Source: Spirochaetia bacterium (GTDB taxonomy: Bacteria; Spirochaetota; Spirochaetia; CADAEX01). Taken from it: a stretch of 64,000 nt of DNA. The stretch covers positions 1 through 64,000 of the forward strand of contig JAZURI010000005.1 of assembly GCA_045606105.1 (NCBI GenBank), read 5' to 3'. This document shows positions 60,400 to 64,000 of this stretch, in pieces; the stretch's first letter is position 1, and each line of letters opens with the position of its first letter. The position numbers were made by a program, and so were the translations under genes. The notes beneath the pieces were generated by a model. That model was not told the origin of the DNA. It did not search any database and saw only the letters and a program-made list of their open reading frames with translations.

Positions 60400-61023
60400 A
60401 TGACCATGATAATTTCGGCAGGGACAGCTTACACAGACAACACCTCATACAGCGGCCATCACGAAGCGGGTCTGCAACTTCTGCATTCCGTATGGCCTGA
60501 AAAGGAAATGCCGGAAATTAAGGTGGAAGAATCGGGCCGCCCTTTCCAGACCCTTTATCCGAGGCTGGATTTCAATATCTCACACTCAGGAAACCTGGCT
60601 GCCTGCATTGTTGCAGAGGGCAAGGTAGGCTGTGATATCCAGACCATGAAAAGGAAATTTTATCCTGCAGCCGCAAAGCGGTTCTTTCATCCCGGAGAGT
60701 ATGACTATATAGAGCAGGCTGCCGACGAAAAGGAGAGGAAAAAACGGTTTTATACTCTGTGGGTGCTTAAGGAGGCCCATGTGAAGCTTCTGGGAACATC
60801 AGTCACGGAAATCGGCAGAACCCCTGAATTTTCGGTTGAAAACGGAAAGCTGTCATGCAGGGGAGCGCATTTTTATTATGCAGTTTATCGGAATGAGGAT
60901 TATATGCTGGCCTTTGCCTTTGAAAAGGAGTATTGTCTGCAGGATATTGAAATCCGGCATTTCGGGGAAAATAATGTTAAATTCACCTATTTTCTTTCAA
61001 ATATGCAGAGGGTAAAGTCCTGA
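60400..61023 (+). CDS. 4'-phosphopantetheinyl transferase (Sfp type)
   Basis: FNISHSG, GCDIQ, WVLKEA. Confidence 0.85.
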   Translation: MTMIISAGTAYTDNTSYSGHHEAGLQLLHSVWPEKEMPEIKVEESGRPFQTLYPRLDFNISHSGNLAACIVAEGKVGCDIQTMKRKFYPAAAKRFFHPGEYDYIEQAADEKERKKRFYTLWVLKEAHVKLLGTSVTEIGRTPEFSVENGKLSCRGAHFYYAVYRNEDYMLAFAFEKEYCLQDIEIRHFGENNVKFTYFLSNMQRVKS

Positions 61024-61463
61024 AATTCCTCAGTTCCCACAATTTTCCAGATATTTTCATCAATTTCGGGAAAAAAGGTATCACCTTCATATTCATTATG
61101 GATCTTTGAGATATAAAGCCGGTCTGCACGCCCTATCATCTGGCTGTAAATGTTGGCACCTCCGATTATGAACACCTGTTCAGGCCCGGTCTGTGCCGCT
61201 GCCAGAGCCTCATCCAACGAGCGGAAATAAAGAATTCCTTCTGTTTTGTCCTCTTCACGGATACTTCCGGAAACAACCATGTTGATCCGTTTCGGAAGAG
61301 GACGACCGATGGATTCAAAGGTCCTGCGCCCCATGATTACGATATTGCCCAGAGTATGCCGCTTGAAAAGCTTAAGATCCTCCGGAAGATTCCATGGCAT
61401 GGTACCATCCTTGCCTATAACCCTTGAAGGGGTCATTGCTGCTATAATGTTTATCTCTTTCAT
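60987..61463 (-). CDS. folA: Dihydrofolate reductase
   Basis: MPW.LPED, MGRRTFESI, IGGA, GDTFFP. Confidence 0.95.
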   Translation of the reverse strand: MKEINIIAAMTPSRVIGKDGTMPWNLPEDLKLFKRHTLGNIVIMGRRTFESIGRPLPKRINMVVSGSIREEDKTEGILYFRSLDEALAAAQTGPEQVFIIGGANIYSQMIGRADRLYISKIHNEYEGDTFFPEIDENIWKIVGTEEFQDFTLCIFERK

Positions 61464-61550
61464 AGATTGTTTCCCTGAAATAATCTTTGCACATAAAAGG
61501 GAAAATGACAAGGCAAAAAAATTCCCTGCCTTGCGACAGGGATTGTATAA

Positions 61551-62414
61551 TTATACGGCAACACCGAACCTGATGAAGCCCTGGGGCTCGTACCCCTCCA
61601 GAGTTATGTCTTCAAAGGTCAGCTCATCAAAAGGCTTGTCCGCTATCTTTACCGTCGGAAGCCTGCCCGGTGTACGGGTCAGCTGTTCCTTCAGGCCGTC
61701 GATATGGTTTTCGTAGATATGGGCATCTATCAGGGTATGGGCAAATTCGCCCGGTTCAAAGCCTGTTTCCTTGGCTATCATCATGGTAAGGAGGGAATAG
61801 CAGGCAATATTGAAAGGGACTCCCAGTGCAATATCTGCAGAACGCTGTGTCAGATGACAGTTAAGCTTGTTTCCGCTTACATTGAAGCAGAAGGAATAAT
61901 GGCAGGGAGGAAGCTTGCTCTCTGCAGCATTGGCCGGATGCCAGGCTGTACACACAAGTCTTCTCAGGGCAGCCGCCTCGGGATTCTTTTTTATTTCCTT
62001 CAGGGAATCTATGATATAACGGATCTGGTCAAAGGTTCTCTCTCCTGTTACCGGGTCGGCAGAGGTCCATTTTTCACCCCAGTTCTCCCCCGGAAGCCCC
62101 TGTGCAGGGACAGGATAACGGCGCCAGAAGCGGCCGTATGCAGTTTCAAGAAGCCCCTCCTCGTCGGCCCAGGCATCCCATATTTTTGTATGCTCGCGGA
62201 GGTTTCTTATATGCTCCTCGCCGGAAAGATACCAGAAAAGCTCCCGCAGCATGGAATTGAAATAGACCTTCTTGGTGGTCAGCAGGGGAAATCCCTCAGA
62301 AATATTTATTTTATAGAAGGCGGCAAAACAGCTGAGTGTTGCTACACCGGTCCTGTTTACCTTCCTTTCACCATTTTCAAGAACATATTTTACCAGATCA
62401 AGATACTGCTTCAT
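61551..62414 (-). CDS. thyA: Thymidylate synthase
   Basis: NRTG, LPPCH, QRSAD..LGVPFN. Confidence 0.96.
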   Translation of the reverse strand: MKQYLDLVKYVLENGERKVNRTGVATLSCFAAFYKINISEGFPLLTTKKVYFNSMLRELFWYLSGEEHIRNLREHTKIWDAWADEEGLLETAYGRFWRRYPVPAQGLPGENWGEKWTSADPVTGERTFDQIRYIIDSLKEIKKNPEAAALRRLVCTAWHPANAAESKLPPCHYSFCFNVSGNKLNCHLTQRSADIALGVPFNIACYSLLTMMIAKETGFEPGEFAHTLIDAHIYENHIDGLKEQLTRTPGRLPTVKIADKPFDELTFEDITLEGYEPQGFIRFGVAV

Positions 62415-62549
62415 TCTTTAATTATATCACGCTTTTTCAGGTTTGTACAGTTGAGACTGTTTTCCCGGGTTTCAGGTATTTTTTTCCTTTTTCCAAATTT
62501 TTTTCCCACAGGTCCGAATTATGTTGTATATTATAGGCAGGAGCTTTTA

Positions 62550-63872
62550 TTGCAGAATCTGAGACCGGCACAGATGCTTGGACAAAAACAGACTTTGGCA
62601 CCTCAGATGATTCAACAGATTAATCTGCTGGCAATGCCTGTACTTGAACTCCGGGAAAGGATACTGGAGGAGCTGGAGAACAACCCGGCTCTTACCGGCA
62701 GGTCCGATTCCTTTGATATGCCTTTCAGTCAGGTTGCAAAGGAATTCAGAAACAAATTAAGGGAAGATGAAAACTCAAAACGTAAATTTCTGGAGGGGGC
62801 AGTCTCTTCGGATGATGAATCATTGCAGGAATATCTTCTTTTCCAGCTCAGGGTACAGAAGCTTGATGAAAAGACTGCGGCGGCGGCAGAGCTCCTCATC
62901 CAGAACCTGGATGAAAACGGCTTCCATTGGGAAAACCCGTTCTTGGTATCGGGAGCTGATGAAGCGACCACACGGAAGGCCATGGATATAGTAAGGATGC
63001 TGGATCCTCAGGGAACATGTACCTCGGACTACAGGGAATCCCTGCTGGTTCAGGCACAGCTCAGCGGAAATGCTCCGAAAAAAACCGAAGAGGCAATAGA
63101 AAAGCATCTTGAGGACCTGGAAAAGGGACATCCGGGGAAAGCAGCCTCGGCATTGGGTATTTCCGTAAAGGAAATCGAGGAAATCTATTCCTTCATCAGA
63201 ACCCTGAATCCGTTTCCGGGAAAAACAAAGTACAGGAAAGAGAACAACTTTGTCATACCGGACCTGCGCATCACCAGGGAAGAAAACTCCATCAGGATAT
63301 ATCTCAACAATGACAACATCCCTTCCCTCTCCATTGATTCATATTTCAGGGAACAGGCAGAGAACAGCTCCGATCCGGAGGTTTCAAAATTTGCCGGAGA
63401 AAAGATAAGAGAAGCAAAATCCTTTATCGGCATGGTAAAAATGAGAAACGACACCCTGCTCAGGACAGCGAACGTCATTGCAAGGCTGCAGAAGCCCTTT
63501 TTCATGGAGGGACCCCGGCATCTTGTTCCTCTGACACAGAAAAAAATAGCGGAAGAGATTGAGATGGATGAATCCACCATATCCAGGCTGGTATCAGAAA
63601 AATATGTACAGACTGATTGGGGCGTTTTCCGGCTGAAGCATTTTTTCTCCTCTGCAGTACAGACCGAGAAGGCAGACGGAACCGAAGGGGAGCTGGCCAA
63701 GGAGAGCGTAAAGTTAATAATAAAGGAAATTATAGAAGAAAACAGAACCGGGAAAAAGCTGTCGGATCAGAAGATTTCCGATATCCTCAGGGAAAGGGGA
63801 ATAACGCTGGCCCGGAGAACTGTGGCAAAATACAGAAAGGAGCTTGATATAGCTTCTTCCTTTGAACGATAA
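62550..63872 (+). CDS. rpoN: RNA polymerase sigma-54
   Basis: Q-rich region I, ESTISR, RpoN box ARRTVAKYR; probable TTG start after GGAG. Confidence 0.94.
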   Translation: MQNLRPAQMLGQKQTLAPQMIQQINLLAMPVLELRERILEELENNPALTGRSDSFDMPFSQVAKEFRNKLREDENSKRKFLEGAVSSDDESLQEYLLFQLRVQKLDEKTAAAAELLIQNLDENGFHWENPFLVSGADEATTRKAMDIVRMLDPQGTCTSDYRESLLVQAQLSGNAPKKTEEAIEKHLEDLEKGHPGKAASALGISVKEIEEIYSFIRTLNPFPGKTKYRKENNFVIPDLRITREENSIRIYLNNDNIPSLSIDSYFREQAENSSDPEVSKFAGEKIREAKSFIGMVKMRNDTLLRTANVIARLQKPFFMEGPRHLVPLTQKKIAEEIEMDESTISRLVSEKYVQTDWGVFRLKHFFSSAVQTEKADGTEGELAKESVKLIIKEIIEENRTGKKLSDQKISDILRERGITLARRTVAKYRKELDIASSFER

Positions 63873-63888
63873 AAAACAGGAGGAATTT

Positions 63889-64000
63889 ATGAATTTTGAA
63901 ATCAAAGGTATCCATTACGAAGTTTCCGAAAAGACAAGAGAACAGCTTGAAAAGAAATTCAAGAGAATGCAGACAGCAGAAGATACTCTCAACTCCCTTG
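63889..64000 (+). CDS. hpf: Ribosome hibernation factor HPF/RaiA, partial
   Basis: MNFEIKGIHYEVS..., AGGAGG RBS, usual position after rpoN. Confidence 0.75.
   Translation, partial: MNFEIKGIHYEVSEKTREQLEKKFKRMQTAEDTLNSL

Noticed and set aside
61704-62549. 280-aa N-terminal extension of RpoN in the ORF track
   Set aside because: It is the antisense shadow of thyA; the real start is probably TTG at 62550.

Overview
Chromosomal window from a probable spirochaete (inferred from lipobox styles and gene content). It is mostly housekeeping genes (lysA, prfA-prmC-relA, pyc, pyrC, murD, his genes, argJ, infA, folA-thyA, rpoN-hpf). One AT-rich island (about 17.5-25.6 kb, minus strand) carries a complete type V-A CRISPR-Cas system: cas12a, a Bro-N-domain gene, cas4, cas1, cas2, a leader and a 24-repeat/23-spacer array. 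The locus is atypical in several ways. (1) A Bro-N/antirepressor-like gene overlaps both cas12a and cas4. (2) Cas12a has intact catalytic motifs, but its canonical TTTV-PAM-reading residues appear replaced. (3) Three spacer pairs have identical boundaries and differ by one base. (4) cas12a has no room for an intergenic promoter and follows a host nfeD-SPFH operon whose SPFH gene is split by an in-frame TAG. (5) cas4 and cas1 are in frame, separated by a single TAG. (6) The leader contains a compensatory mimic of the repeat hairpin. (7) The perfect terminal repeat supplies the stop codon of a host gene. Outside the island I see a poly-C phase-variable promoter for a lipoprotein, a candidate structured sRNA of about 210 nt upstream of hisI, and many leaderless-type promoters. 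All family calls are by eye from motifs; no searches were run.
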